57,848 bases of DNA, from contig JAZNJA010000246.1 of NCBI GenBank assembly GCA_045577755.1, forward strand, positions 1 to 57,848, in the 5' to 3' direction. Below the pieces are notes generated by a model. The model saw only the letters and a list, made by a program, of their open reading frames with translations. It ran no database searches and was not told the DNA's origin. Shown piece after piece: positions 47,071-56,482 of the stretch. Origin of the DNA: Eubacteriales bacterium (GTDB taxonomy: Bacteria; Bacillota; Clostridia; Oscillospirales; CAG-272). Made by a program: the position numbers and the translations under genes. Within the stretch, counting starts at the first letter, position 1. Each line of letters starts with the position of its first letter.

Positions 47071-48970
47071 GAAAAATCAAAAGCCCGAAGGCTCGCGCAC
47101 GTTCGCGCAGGATATCAAGCTGTTTTGCCGCGGCATTGGCATCGTGCGCCGCGTTAGCCCGGGATACCTGACCCTACTTTTGGTCCGCACCTTCTTCAAT
47201 CGCCTCTCCCCCTTTATTAACCTGTACATGAGTGCCTTTATCCTGACCGAGCTCTTGGGAGAAGGACGCATTGACCGCCTGATTAAGCTGGTCTGTATCA
47301 CGCTGGTGCTGGATCTGATCGTGTATCTGATCGATTACGGTATGAGTCGCTACATCAACGGCGGCGGTCGCATATTCCTATTCTATCAGCAATTCGGCAT
47401 ACATAACGACATGAAAATGTTTGCTTTGGACTACGCATCCATCGAAGACCCCGAAACCCACCGCATGTTCAACCGCTATCAAGAGATGTTCACCAAAATG
47501 GGCGCAGGACTTCCCACCGTCACACAGGGTGTGGTAAATATTGCAGGGCATCTGATGACGATCTGCTTTTCCATAGGCATCATAACCGAACTTTTGGTGC
47601 TGGGCGTTTTCAGCGGCGGTTACGGCACCTCGTGGATCAATTCCATTCCCGCCGTTATTGTCATTTGTGTCTTGATGGTGGGCTTGTGTGTCCTGCGCAT
47701 CCTGTTCACCTCGTCCTCCACCCAAAAGAGCCAGAAGGCCGTGATGGACATGCTGCCCTTCAAGCGGATCTTCGAGTTTTACACCGCCGAATACGTGGGC
47801 AACTATCACGCAGGCAAGGATATCCGTTTGTACGACCAGCAGGAGCTGATCGAGCAGGATATGATGTCGGAATACCCTCGGATGCTCCGTGCCGCGGGAA
47901 AGATGCAAAACGGCATGGCAGCTCATAGAATCTCGGAGAGCATCATTGGCGGACTTAGTGACCTAGGCATCTACCTGTTGGTGGCCGTCCGTGCCGCCGC
48001 GGGTGCCGTTGGCATTGGCAACATCCTCAAATATGCCCAGGGTATCATACGCCTGACCAATGCGATCTCGGGGATATTGAACACCGTGAGCTACGTGCGT
48101 GCGCGCAACGAATGCCTGGCAGTGCTGTTTGAGTATTTGGATCTGCCCAACAAGATGGAGCAGGGAGACGGTAAGATTCAGCCTGACGAGCGCGGCGGCT
48201 ATACCTTTGAGTTCCGTAACGTGTCCTTCAAGTACCCGAATACCGAGCGATATGCTCTTGAAAACATCAATCTGACATTTCGCTCGGGCGAGCGCATGGC
48301 GGTGGTGGGTATGAACGGATCGGGCAAAACCACTTTGATTAAGCTCCTGTGCCGCCTGTACGACCCTACCGAAGGGGAGATCCTGCTCAATGGTGTGAAC
48401 ATCCGCACCCTGTCCTATCAAGACTATCTGGAGGTTTTTTCGGTGGTGTTCCAGGATTTCGGGCTATTCGCTCTGACGTTGGGACAAAACGTGACCATGT
48501 GCGAGTCCCCCGATGCAGACCAACGTCAAAGAGCCGAGGAATGCTTGCGTCTTGCCGGTTTTGGTGACAGGTTAGATACCTTCCCGGACGGTCTGGATAC
48601 CTATCTCTACCGTAAATACGATGAAAACGGCATTGAGATTTCGGGTGGCGAGGCGCAAAAGATCGCGTTGGCTCGTGCGCTGTATAAGTCCTCTCCCGTG
48701 TTGATATTGGACGAACCCACAGCAGCTCTTGACCCTGTGGCTGAATTTGAGATCTACAGCCAATTCGACCGGATCGTGGGCGATCGGACCGCTATCTTCA
48801 TTTCCCATCGCCTATCCTCCTGCCGTTTCTGCCGGGATATCGCGGTCTTTGACGATGGCCGGTTGGTCCAGCGAGGATCTCATGAAGAGTTGCTGGCTGA
48901 TATAGACGGCAAGTATCATGAGCTGTGGTATGCGCAGGCGCAGTATTACACAGAGCAAGGAACGACTTGA
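47060..48970 (+). CDS. ABC exporter, fused permease/ATPase (half 2)
   Basis: Start ATG 47060 after GAGGAGG; GMNGSGKTT, ISGGE, ILDEPT. Confidence 0.92.
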   Translation: MKRKKNQKPEGSRTFAQDIKLFCRGIGIVRRVSPGYLTLLLVRTFFNRLSPFINLYMSAFILTELLGEGRIDRLIKLVCITLVLDLIVYLIDYGMSRYINGGGRIFLFYQQFGIHNDMKMFALDYASIEDPETHRMFNRYQEMFTKMGAGLPTVTQGVVNIAGHLMTICFSIGIITELLVLGVFSGGYGTSWINSIPAVIVICVLMVGLCVLRILFTSSSTQKSQKAVMDMLPFKRIFEFYTAEYVGNYHAGKDIRLYDQQELIEQDMMSEYPRMLRAAGKMQNGMAAHRISESIIGGLSDLGIYLLVAVRAAAGAVGIGNILKYAQGIIRLTNAISGILNTVSYVRARNECLAVLFEYLDLPNKMEQGDGKIQPDERGGYTFEFRNVSFKYPNTERYALENINLTFRSGERMAVVGMNGSGKTTLIKLLCRLYDPTEGEILLNGVNIRTLSYQDYLEVFSVVFQDFGLFALTLGQNVTMCESPDADQRQRAEECLRLAGFGDRLDTFPDGLDTYLYRKYDENGIEISGGEAQKIALARALYKSSPVLILDEPTAALDPVAEFEIYSQFDRIVGDRTAIFISHRLSSCRFCRDIAVFDDGRLVQRGSHEELLADIDGKYHELWYAQAQYYTEQGTT

Positions 48971-48982
48971 TTTGAATAATTA

Positions 48983-49020
48983 CGCCGAGAGTGACCAATT
49001 ATGGTTGCTCTCGGCGGTGT
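48983..49020. repeat. 38-bp hairpin repeat, copy 2
   Basis: CGCCGAGAGTGACCAATTATGGTTGCTCTCGGCGGTGT. Confidence 0.85.
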
Positions 49021-49255
49021 TTTTACATAAATATCGATTTTCCCAAAATCGTATTCAAAAGGTATTGATTTAATTTTGAAAATGTGATATAATAATTTCA
49101 TGCTCATGGTGAGCTTGCTCGTTCGTGCAAAGATTTCGGTCAGCCATAATATGATAATATAATCTTTATTTTTAGGGTTTATTGTCAAAAAAAGATTACG
49201 AACGCATTTTCATTTGACAATAAATTCCACAAACAAAATAAGGAGAGTATTATTT

Positions 49256-50038
49256 ATGACAACCATCGATTTTTTCAAGCAGCAATCCAAAAGACTGTTA
49301 AAGGATTACGACACAAGAGTTTTCAACGAAAAACTGGGATTCTATGAGTATAGCCCTCAATATTTTCCAGACATTGACTATATTGTCATTCATTTCGACA
49401 TAAAAGAAGATGGTTCATTCACGCTAATGAATGCTCAACACGTTATTGCCCGTCTGTCTGGATTCTATAAGTGGAACGAGTTAATCAAAGCATCTGAACC
49501 AATATTGGAACTGGGGAAGCTTCTGTTAATTAATCGCGAGGTGTATCAGCAAAACCAAGGTGTACCTATCGTAGGGGATTGGAAATCCTATGAAAACCAG
49601 CATCTCCAAGATTTCGATGATGATACAAAACTGGAAATCTTCAAAAAAGTGTTTTTAGAGCAAGATTCTCCTAAAAAAAATGACACCTCCAATATGAAGG
49701 TGAACTTTAGATACAATATTGATGCTCAAGACATGCTGACGAAGATAATGCATGCAACGAACTTATCGCCAGAAAAAGCTTTACTGTCAACTATAACACA
49801 AAAAAATTTCGAGAGAATACTTTCGACTGGGTGGGCAGGAATTGCGGTATCTTTGTGGGGGCATGATAATCCAGATGCAGAACGTGAAGGCTTAGATAAT
49901 CCGACAATTGAGTTTCAATTGAGTAAAGACCAAGCCCGGCTTCTTCAAACTGTAATGGAAAAAGAAAGAATTCCTTTTCGCGAAGCAATTCTTTACTTTA
50001 TGATTTTTACGATGGAATCGTTGGGGTATCACATATAA
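49256..50038 (+). CDS. Hypothetical protein
   Basis: Start after AAGGAG; N-terminal FKQQSKRLLK...LMNAQHVIAR..GF..W motif; AT-rich. Confidence 0.7.
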   Translation: MTTIDFFKQQSKRLLKDYDTRVFNEKLGFYEYSPQYFPDIDYIVIHFDIKEDGSFTLMNAQHVIARLSGFYKWNELIKASEPILELGKLLLINREVYQQNQGVPIVGDWKSYENQHLQDFDDDTKLEIFKKVFLEQDSPKKNDTSNMKVNFRYNIDAQDMLTKIMHATNLSPEKALLSTITQKNFERILSTGWAGIAVSLWGHDNPDAEREGLDNPTIEFQLSKDQARLLQTVMEKERIPFREAILYFMIFTMESLGYHI

Positions 50039-50184
50039 TTAGCTTGCCCTAGCAGTTTGTTTTTTAACTGACGGATGATTTCTGCTTCTTTGTATTGTTA
50101 CACCTAAACAATGGCAAGTTAAAACTGTCTACTGAAGGACAAAAAACACTTGCTACGCTTATAGGACAAAACTAATAACACTAC

Positions 50185-50222
50185 CGCCGAGGGCGACCAA
50201 TTACGGTTACTCTCGGCGGTGT
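50185..50222. repeat. 38-bp hairpin repeat, copy 3
   Basis: CGCCGAGGGCGACCAATTACGGTTACTCTCGGCGGTGT, 34/38 identical to copy 2. Confidence 0.85.
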
Positions 50223-50547
50223 GATTTACAGATACATATACGCGTCAATGACAGTAGATGTCTTATCATTATAAACGAAACAGCCGTCGTTAGTGGCTTG
50301 CTTAACAATAAAACTACATCACGTAACGGATATAAAACATAAAGGTATCTTTAAACTAGGTCAAGTTCTATGCCAACTCCATATTATACAGTTTTTCTTC
50401 ATAAACAATGGCAAGAACGGGAAACCAATAAGAATTGGTTTTGAAGGATCATAGGAGTATCTTGACAAATATGGGGTCCTGTGTTATGATATAATCTGTT
50501 AGATGCATTGCAATATTATTATGAGTTAATACAAAAGAGGTGTTGTT

Positions 50548-52359
50548 ATGTATGTTAATTCCGAGTTTGAACAGCTTGTTTCTTATGTCAAGGATAATTG
50601 TTTGACCAGTATTCAACCACTAATTGATCAAATAAGTGATTTTTATAAAAAGATTAATTCCAAGATTGATAACTGCACTGAGAGATATAAAAATACTGTA
50701 ATGGCAATTTTAGATCAGTTCCCGATAAAAACATCAGTAGGAATTGATGGTCAAAAAAAGCTTTCTATTAATAATAAATCCATATCCGAAGTTGCTACTT
50801 TAGTTTCCGCGTTGATGGATTATATCGTTAGATTTGAATCGGTCGAATATTTGGACTTTCTCAGTGAAGAAAGAAGAAATGTTGTTTTTGTTGGTCCTAA
50901 TGGTTGTGGTAAAACCACGTTATTGAGAAAACTACAGCATGATACACAAGGCGCCAGTATTCAATATTTTCCTGCAGATCGAGTTTTACTTGTAAGTGAC
51001 AACTTCAACCCCAAGCGCTCTTATGAAGCCTTTAAGAAGGATTTTCATGAGAATTATCAACACTCAACCAATATTGATTATATTTGGCAAGGGAACGACA
51101 TTATTGCACAATTCGATTTTTTTGTTAACCTTCTTGAACGCGAACGTAATGAAGAGAATGAAAAGAGGATATATTCTGGTGTAACTGAAAAAATTATCAG
51201 AAAATGGCATGACCTCGTCAAAGATAGAGAACTATTTTTTGAGCACGGCCTTTGCATTAGACCACTAGGCGGGGAAAAATATCCTTTGAAGTATATGAGC
51301 AGTGGAGAAAAAGCAATTCTCTATTTTCTGATTGGAATATTGCTACAAGAGGAAAAAGATTTTTACTTTATTGATGAACCGGAAAACAATTTGAATCCTG
51401 CCATTGTTTCAAAATTATGGAACTTCATAGAACGAGAACGTCCCAATTCTGTTTTTGTCTATTTAACTCATGATAGTGATTTTGTTGCTTCAAGGGTAAA
51501 TTCTAAAATTTATTGGATTGAAAAGTACAGCGGTAAGAAATGGGAATGGAAACAACTGCAAGAGAACAAGGATCTACCTCAAGAACTAATGATCGAGTTA
51601 ATAGGAAGTAGAGAGCCAATTATATTTTGTGAATCAGAAAATGAATACAAGTATGACTCTAAAATTTTTAAGCTCATGTTTCCAGAATTCAAAGTAGTTT
51701 CATCTGGTGGATGTGAACAAGTAATAGCATCAATCAAAGCATATAAAACTACGGGGCTACCACAAAAAGTATATGGTATAGTAGATTGTGATTACAAGAT
51801 GGATGATTATTTGGACTCTTTGAAGAAGGACGGCATATATCACCTACCCTATTTTGAAATTGAGAACTTTCTATTATCTGAAGATATACTACGAATGATG
51901 ATCGATACCTACTGCCTTGATGAAGACAAAACAAAAGTAATTGAAGATGTGAAATGCCAAATATTCAGATTGTTTGTGGAACAGAAAGATGCGTGGGTGG
52001 CTAGACATGTAGCTTTTGATTTGCGAGACAAATTTGATTATCGTGGCAAAATTAAATCTTTAAAAGATATTGAAAACTTTAAAACTTTATACAATGCTGA
52101 ACGAAAAAGTGATGAGGACATTGATGTAATAGCCCAAAAATACATAACACTTCATTCGGAATTAGTTTCGAAAAATAATTATAATGAGCTCTTAAGGCAT
52201 TTGGATTTTAAAGGAATAATTACACAATATAGGCATCTATTTAAATTAGGGAAAGCAGTTCAGTATGAGCACCAGGTCTTTACTCTCATGAATTCTGATA
52301 AAGGTGATTCTTTATTACGCGCAATTAGGGATCAGTATTTGTCGGAAATTGTGCCGTAA
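50548..52359 (+). CDS. Fused ABC/AAA ATPase + DUF4435/TOPRIM-like nuclease (PARIS-fusion-like defence protein)
   Basis: GPNGCGKT, MSSGE, FIDEPE, LTHD; then IFCE, GGC, IVDCD, EIENF; promoter TTGACA-17-TATGAT at 50462-50490; AT-rich. Confidence 0.78.
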   Translation: MYVNSEFEQLVSYVKDNCLTSIQPLIDQISDFYKKINSKIDNCTERYKNTVMAILDQFPIKTSVGIDGQKKLSINNKSISEVATLVSALMDYIVRFESVEYLDFLSEERRNVVFVGPNGCGKTTLLRKLQHDTQGASIQYFPADRVLLVSDNFNPKRSYEAFKKDFHENYQHSTNIDYIWQGNDIIAQFDFFVNLLERERNEENEKRIYSGVTEKIIRKWHDLVKDRELFFEHGLCIRPLGGEKYPLKYMSSGEKAILYFLIGILLQEEKDFYFIDEPENNLNPAIVSKLWNFIERERPNSVFVYLTHDSDFVASRVNSKIYWIEKYSGKKWEWKQLQENKDLPQELMIELIGSREPIIFCESENEYKYDSKIFKLMFPEFKVVSSGGCEQVIASIKAYKTTGLPQKVYGIVDCDYKMDDYLDSLKKDGIYHLPYFEIENFLLSEDILRMMIDTYCLDEDKTKVIEDVKCQIFRLFVEQKDAWVARHVAFDLRDKFDYRGKIKSLKDIENFKTLYNAERKSDEDIDVIAQKYITLHSELVSKNNYNELLRHLDFKGIITQYRHLFKLGKAVQYEHQVFTLMNSDKGDSLLRAIRDQYLSEIVP

Positions 52360-52463
52360 ATTATCATTTTCTTTGCTAAATCAGTTGCTGTATTCAGAGA
52401 TAAAATAGTGCCAATTAACAATATTCATGATAGCATATAGGCTAACAAATTTCATCAAGGCAC

Positions 52464-52493
52464 GGTTCGATTTTGACCTATTTATCTCCACCA
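52464..52493 (+). other. attR of the tmRNA island
   Basis: GGTTCGA-13 nt-ATCTCCACCA duplicates the ssrA 3' end. Confidence 0.8.
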
Positions 52494-52522
52494 CTCACTT
52501 TCACGTAAGTGAAAACCTCAGA

Positions 52523-52572
52523 AAAACACCGGCATAGCCAAGCTTTACTGGCTATGTCGGTGTTTGCTTTTT
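52523..52572 (+). terminator. Terminator right of attR (candidate displaced ssrA terminator)
   Basis: AAACACCGGCATAGCCA...TGGCTATGTCGGTGTTT followed by GCTTTTT. Confidence 0.65.
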
Positions 52573-53053
52573 CTGGGCAGGATGGACTAGGCAAAACAAG
52601 GCTTGCAGGTTTCTGTCAAGTCAAGAGTCGCCGGAAAGGGAGCCCTGTAACGGATTTTAAGGCTCATACAGGCCTGTTTGATTTTGGCCAGGCAGGAGTG
52701 GCTAAATGGGGTATATGGGCGTTCTGGGAAGGATATGGAGGCTTGAAAGGGCAAGGGGAGGGAAGGATGGTTTGACCGAGGCTGGACTGGGCAGAAGCCT
52801 TGAAAACAAGATTTTCTGTCCTTGGAGCGGTTATGATAGGCAGGATTGACTGGCTAAGAGACGTGGGCACAGGTTTTGGTATGGCTATACTGGCTATTGC
52901 ATTGGAAAATTGAACGATTTTTGATGGGAAATGTGGGATGTGAAGGATGGACTGGACAGGATGGGCGAGCGCAACGGATGGGAATGATATGGAGGGAAAA
53001 GTATGTATATACACAAAAAAGATTCTTGCGTGCACAAAAACTTGACATATCCC

Positions 53054-53082
53054 TTTACAAATAAGGATTTTTATGCTACAAT
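53054..53082 (+). promoter_or_regulatory. Putative cas9 promoter
   Basis: TTTACA-17-TACAAT with TG extension. Confidence 0.6.
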
Positions 53083-53202
53083 AAAAATCAGAAGATATTG
53101 CCGTGAAATAAAGAACCGGAGGAAAGTATTATCTCAATTTTACCCATAGTAGCATGAACCGGTATGAATGGCATTATCAAATACGAAAAGGAGAGACAAC
53201 AC

Positions 53203-56200
53203 ATGAAGTACGCAATTGGATTGGACATTGGCATAGAATCCGTCGGTTACGCAGTCCTGGAAGTCAATTCCCATGACCAGCCCTTCCGCATTGAGCGGTT
53301 GGGAAGCCGTATTTTCGATCGTGCGGAGCATCCTAAGGATGGATCATCTCTGGCGGCCCCCAGAAGGGAAGCAAGAAGTGCCCGCCGCAGACTCCGCCGC
53401 CACCGTCACCGCTTGGAGCGGATCCGTGGCTTGATCGTTTCGAGCGGTATTCTTTCCGGAGAACAGTTGGAGACTCTTTACGATGGAGAATTGTCCGATG
53501 TTTACGAGCTTCGGACGAAGGCGTTGGACGAGCTCATTTCTCCCGAGGAGTTTGCGCGTATCCTGATCCATTTGTCGCAACGGCGTGGTTTTAAGTCAAA
53601 CCGTAAAGCGGTCGATGAGGCAGATAAGGAAGGTGGCCAGCTGTTAAAGGCTGTAGCAGCCAACAAGGAGCTGTGCGAGCAGAAGGGCTACCGCACCGTC
53701 GGTGAGATGTTCTATAAGGACGAGAAATTCACCGAATATAAGCGCAACAAGGCTGAAAATTATCGATGCACGGTGGATCGCGCGTCGGTAGAGGCTGAAG
53801 CGCGGATGATATTCGCGTCTCAAAGAGCATTCGGTGTCTCCTATGCTTCTGAAGAGGTCGAGGAGGCCTACCTGTCTATTCTTCTGAGTCAACGCTCCTT
53901 TGCCGAAGGCCCTGCGTGCGGCCCCTACAGCGGCAATCAGGTCGATCGGATGAGAGGGCCTTGCACGTTTGAGGAGGGACAGATTCGCGCGGCAAAGGCT
54001 ACCTACTCCTTCCAACTCTTCAATTTGTGGCAGCATATCAATCACATCCGCATTCTTCGGGACGGTGTGTCTACACCTTTGACCGACGAGGAGCGGTGGA
54101 GTATCTATCACCTTGCCCATGAAAAGCCCGAGATCAACTATGCCCAGCTTCGTAAGCATCTGAACCTGGGGGAGAATGATGATTTCGTGGGGATCTCTTA
54201 CAAGGACGGCGAGAGGGATAAGACCGAGAAGAGTCGAAAAATCAAGGATCTCTCCGTGTATCACGATATCCGTAAGTGCCTGGCAAAATCCGCTCCCAGT
54301 GTATTTGAGGCATTGAGCCATGATCAACTGGACGCGATCGGCGAGGCTCTTTCCAAGAATCTGTCCGACGAAGGGATCACGGCGGAACTGCTGAAGGCCG
54401 ATATTCCTTCCAATGGGATCGAAGCTCTGCTGAAACTTCCCAACTACTCGAAAAACGGACATTTGAGTATCATTGCCTGCAAGAAGATCATTCCTCACAT
54501 GGAGCTGGGGCTTACCTATGACAAGGCGTGCGTGGAGGCAGGCTATCAACAGCCTGAACAGACCGCGCAGATGTATCTACCTCCTGTCCCTCAGGATGAC
54601 AGCAGCATTACCAGCCCCGTTGTCCGTAGAGCGGTGTCCCAGACCATCAAGGTCATCAATGCCATCATTCGCGAAATGGGTACCAGTCCCGTATATATCA
54701 ATATCGAGCTTGCGCGGGAGCTGTCTCATGACAAGAAGGAGAGAGACAAGATCAAAAAGGCGCAGGACGATAACGCCGCCAGAAACGAAAGAGCCATGAA
54801 TCAGCTTCGTGAATACGTTGACGGTATGCCGAGCGGCCAGGATCTGGTCAAGTATAAGCTGTGGGAGGAGCAGCAGGGACGCTGTATGTATTCCGACGAG
54901 CCGATCCAACTGGAGCGGTTGACCGAGCCGGGCTACGTTGATGTGGATCACATTGTCCCCTACAGCATTTGCTTTGACGACCGTATGGCGAACAAGGTGC
55001 TGGTATTGGCACGGGAAAACCGTCAGAAGGGGAATCGTTTGCCCCTTCAGTATTTGAGCGGTCAGCGGCGGGATGACTATATCGTCCGTGTTCGGAATAT
55101 GCACATATCGTCTGCCAAGAGGAACCGCCTTCTGAAGGAATCCATCAGCGACGAGGCAGAATGGAAGCAGCGCAATTTACAGGACACCCAGCATATGGCC
55201 GCGTTCCTGCATCAGTACATCAGCGATCATCTTCTGTTCGCTTCCTCAGGGGTGGGACGCAAGCGCCGCGTGGTCACGGTCAACGGCGCCATTACCGCCT
55301 ATATGCGTAAGCGCTGGTGGATCAACAAGATCCGCGAGAACGGTGATTTGCACCATGCGGTGGATGCTGTTGTGATCGCCTGTGTGACCCAGGGCATGAT
55401 CAACCGTATCTCCAAATACTCCTACTACAAGGAGACCAAGGACAACGGTGATTTTGTTGTGGATCCCGAGACGGGAGAGGTCATTGACCGATTCCCCATG
55501 CCGTGGCCTCATTTTCGTGATGAGCTGGACATTCGCCTGACACAGGATGCCCGAAAGCTCCGCAAGCAGCTCTTTGACGTGAACTATGAGAGCTACGCTG
55601 ATATCGATCTGGATACTGTAGAGCCTCCATTTGTGTCCCGTATGAGTAATCACAAGGTAACGGGAGCGGCGCACAAGGAGACCGTGCGGAGCGGTAAGAT
55701 GGCGGATCGTGGTAAGACTATATCCAAGGTGCCTCTGACAGCCCTCAAGCTGGATAGCGAAGGTGAGATTGAGAACTACTACAATCCCGATAGCGACCGT
55801 CTGTTGTATGATGCCCTGCGTGATCGGTTGGCCGCTTGTGGAGGAAAGGGAGAAAAAGCGTTTGCGGAGGGCGAATTCCATAAGCCCAAGGCAGACGGAA
55901 CTCCCGGCCCTGTTGTCAAGAAGGTCAAGGTTGTCAGCGCGGCCTCTTCCATGGTCGAGGTACAGGATCATACGGGCGTGGCGGATAACGATGCTATGGT
56001 GCGATGCGACGTTTTCTACGTGGAAGGCGACGGGTACTACTTTGTCCCGATCTATGTGGCGGATACGGTGAATTATCATTTACCACTAAAGGCACCAACG
56101 GCCAATAAGGATCGAGATAACCGAAAAATATGGAAAACGATGAACCCTTCTGATTTTATCTTTTCACTTTATCCGAAGGATCTGATTCGCATATACGCTA

Positions 56201-56469
56201 AAAAAGAAATCTCGGTTAATCTTATACGCAAGAATAGCACCCTGCCACCGAAAATGACGATTCCCGGAGAAGAAGGTTTGTTCCTTTACTACTCAGGACT
56301 CGATGTTTCTTCTGCGGGAATGAGCGGTATCACGCACGATAATACATATGAGCACCGTTCCATCGGAAAAACCATGGTAAAGATTGAAAAATACGAGGTA
56401 GACGTCCTCGGAAATGTAAGGAAGGTTGGAACAGAAAAGAGACAGTCCTTTGACAAAAGGAAAAAGTGA
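53203..56469 (+). CDS. cas9: Type II-C CRISPR nuclease Cas9 (1088 aa)
   Basis: RuvC-I GLDIG, Arg-rich bridge helix, RuvC-II IELAR, HNH DVDHIVP...NKVLV, RuvC-III HHAVDA; start after AAGGAG. Confidence 0.97.
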   Translation: MKYAIGLDIGIESVGYAVLEVNSHDQPFRIERLGSRIFDRAEHPKDGSSLAAPRREARSARRRLRRHRHRLERIRGLIVSSGILSGEQLETLYDGELSDVYELRTKALDELISPEEFARILIHLSQRRGFKSNRKAVDEADKEGGQLLKAVAANKELCEQKGYRTVGEMFYKDEKFTEYKRNKAENYRCTVDRASVEAEARMIFASQRAFGVSYASEEVEEAYLSILLSQRSFAEGPACGPYSGNQVDRMRGPCTFEEGQIRAAKATYSFQLFNLWQHINHIRILRDGVSTPLTDEERWSIYHLAHEKPEINYAQLRKHLNLGENDDFVGISYKDGERDKTEKSRKIKDLSVYHDIRKCLAKSAPSVFEALSHDQLDAIGEALSKNLSDEGITAELLKADIPSNGIEALLKLPNYSKNGHLSIIACKKIIPHMELGLTYDKACVEAGYQQPEQTAQMYLPPVPQDDSSITSPVVRRAVSQTIKVINAIIREMGTSPVYINIELARELSHDKKERDKIKKAQDDNAARNERAMNQLREYVDGMPSGQDLVKYKLWEEQQGRCMYSDEPIQLERLTEPGYVDVDHIVPYSICFDDRMANKVLVLARENRQKGNRLPLQYLSGQRRDDYIVRVRNMHISSAKRNRLLKESISDEAEWKQRNLQDTQHMAAFLHQYISDHLLFASSGVGRKRRVVTVNGAITAYMRKRWWINKIRENGDLHHAVDAVVIACVTQGMINRISKYSYYKETKDNGDFVVDPETGEVIDRFPMPWPHFRDELDIRLTQDARKLRKQLFDVNYESYADIDLDTVEPPFVSRMSNHKVTGAAHKETVRSGKMADRGKTISKVPLTALKLDSEGEIENYYNPDSDRLLYDALRDRLAACGGKGEKAFAEGEFHKPKADGTPGPVVKKVKVVSAASSMVEVQDHTGVADNDAMVRCDVFYVEGDGYYFVPIYVADTVNYHLPLKAPTANKDRDNRKIWKTMNPSDFIFSLYPKDLIRIYAKKEISVNLIRKNSTLPPKMTIPGEEGLFLYYSGLDVSSAGMSGITHDNTYEHRSIGKTMVKIEKYEVDVLGNVRKVGTEKRQSFDKRKK

Positions 56470-56482
56470 ATAGGAGGCGCGC

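Larger units (their letters stand above)
33727..52493. mobile_element. ~18.8 kb serine-recombinase island integrated in ssrA 3' end
   Basis: 10-bp direct repeat, integrase adjacent to ssrA, compositional shift, defence/regulatory cargo; no recognisable relaxase, T4SS or phage structural genes. Confidence 0.82.

Noticed and set aside
33727-52493. Prophage or self-transmissible ICE
   Set aside because: No recognisable capsid, terminase, relaxase or T4SS genes between the att sites
52585-52625. AAAACAAGGCTT resembling a tracrRNA nexus
   Set aside because: No repeat available to test an anti-repeat and no convincing downstream tracr hairpins
53137-53162. ATTTTACCCATAG resembling the end of a II-C repeat
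   Set aside because: Single short resemblance; cannot be tested without the array
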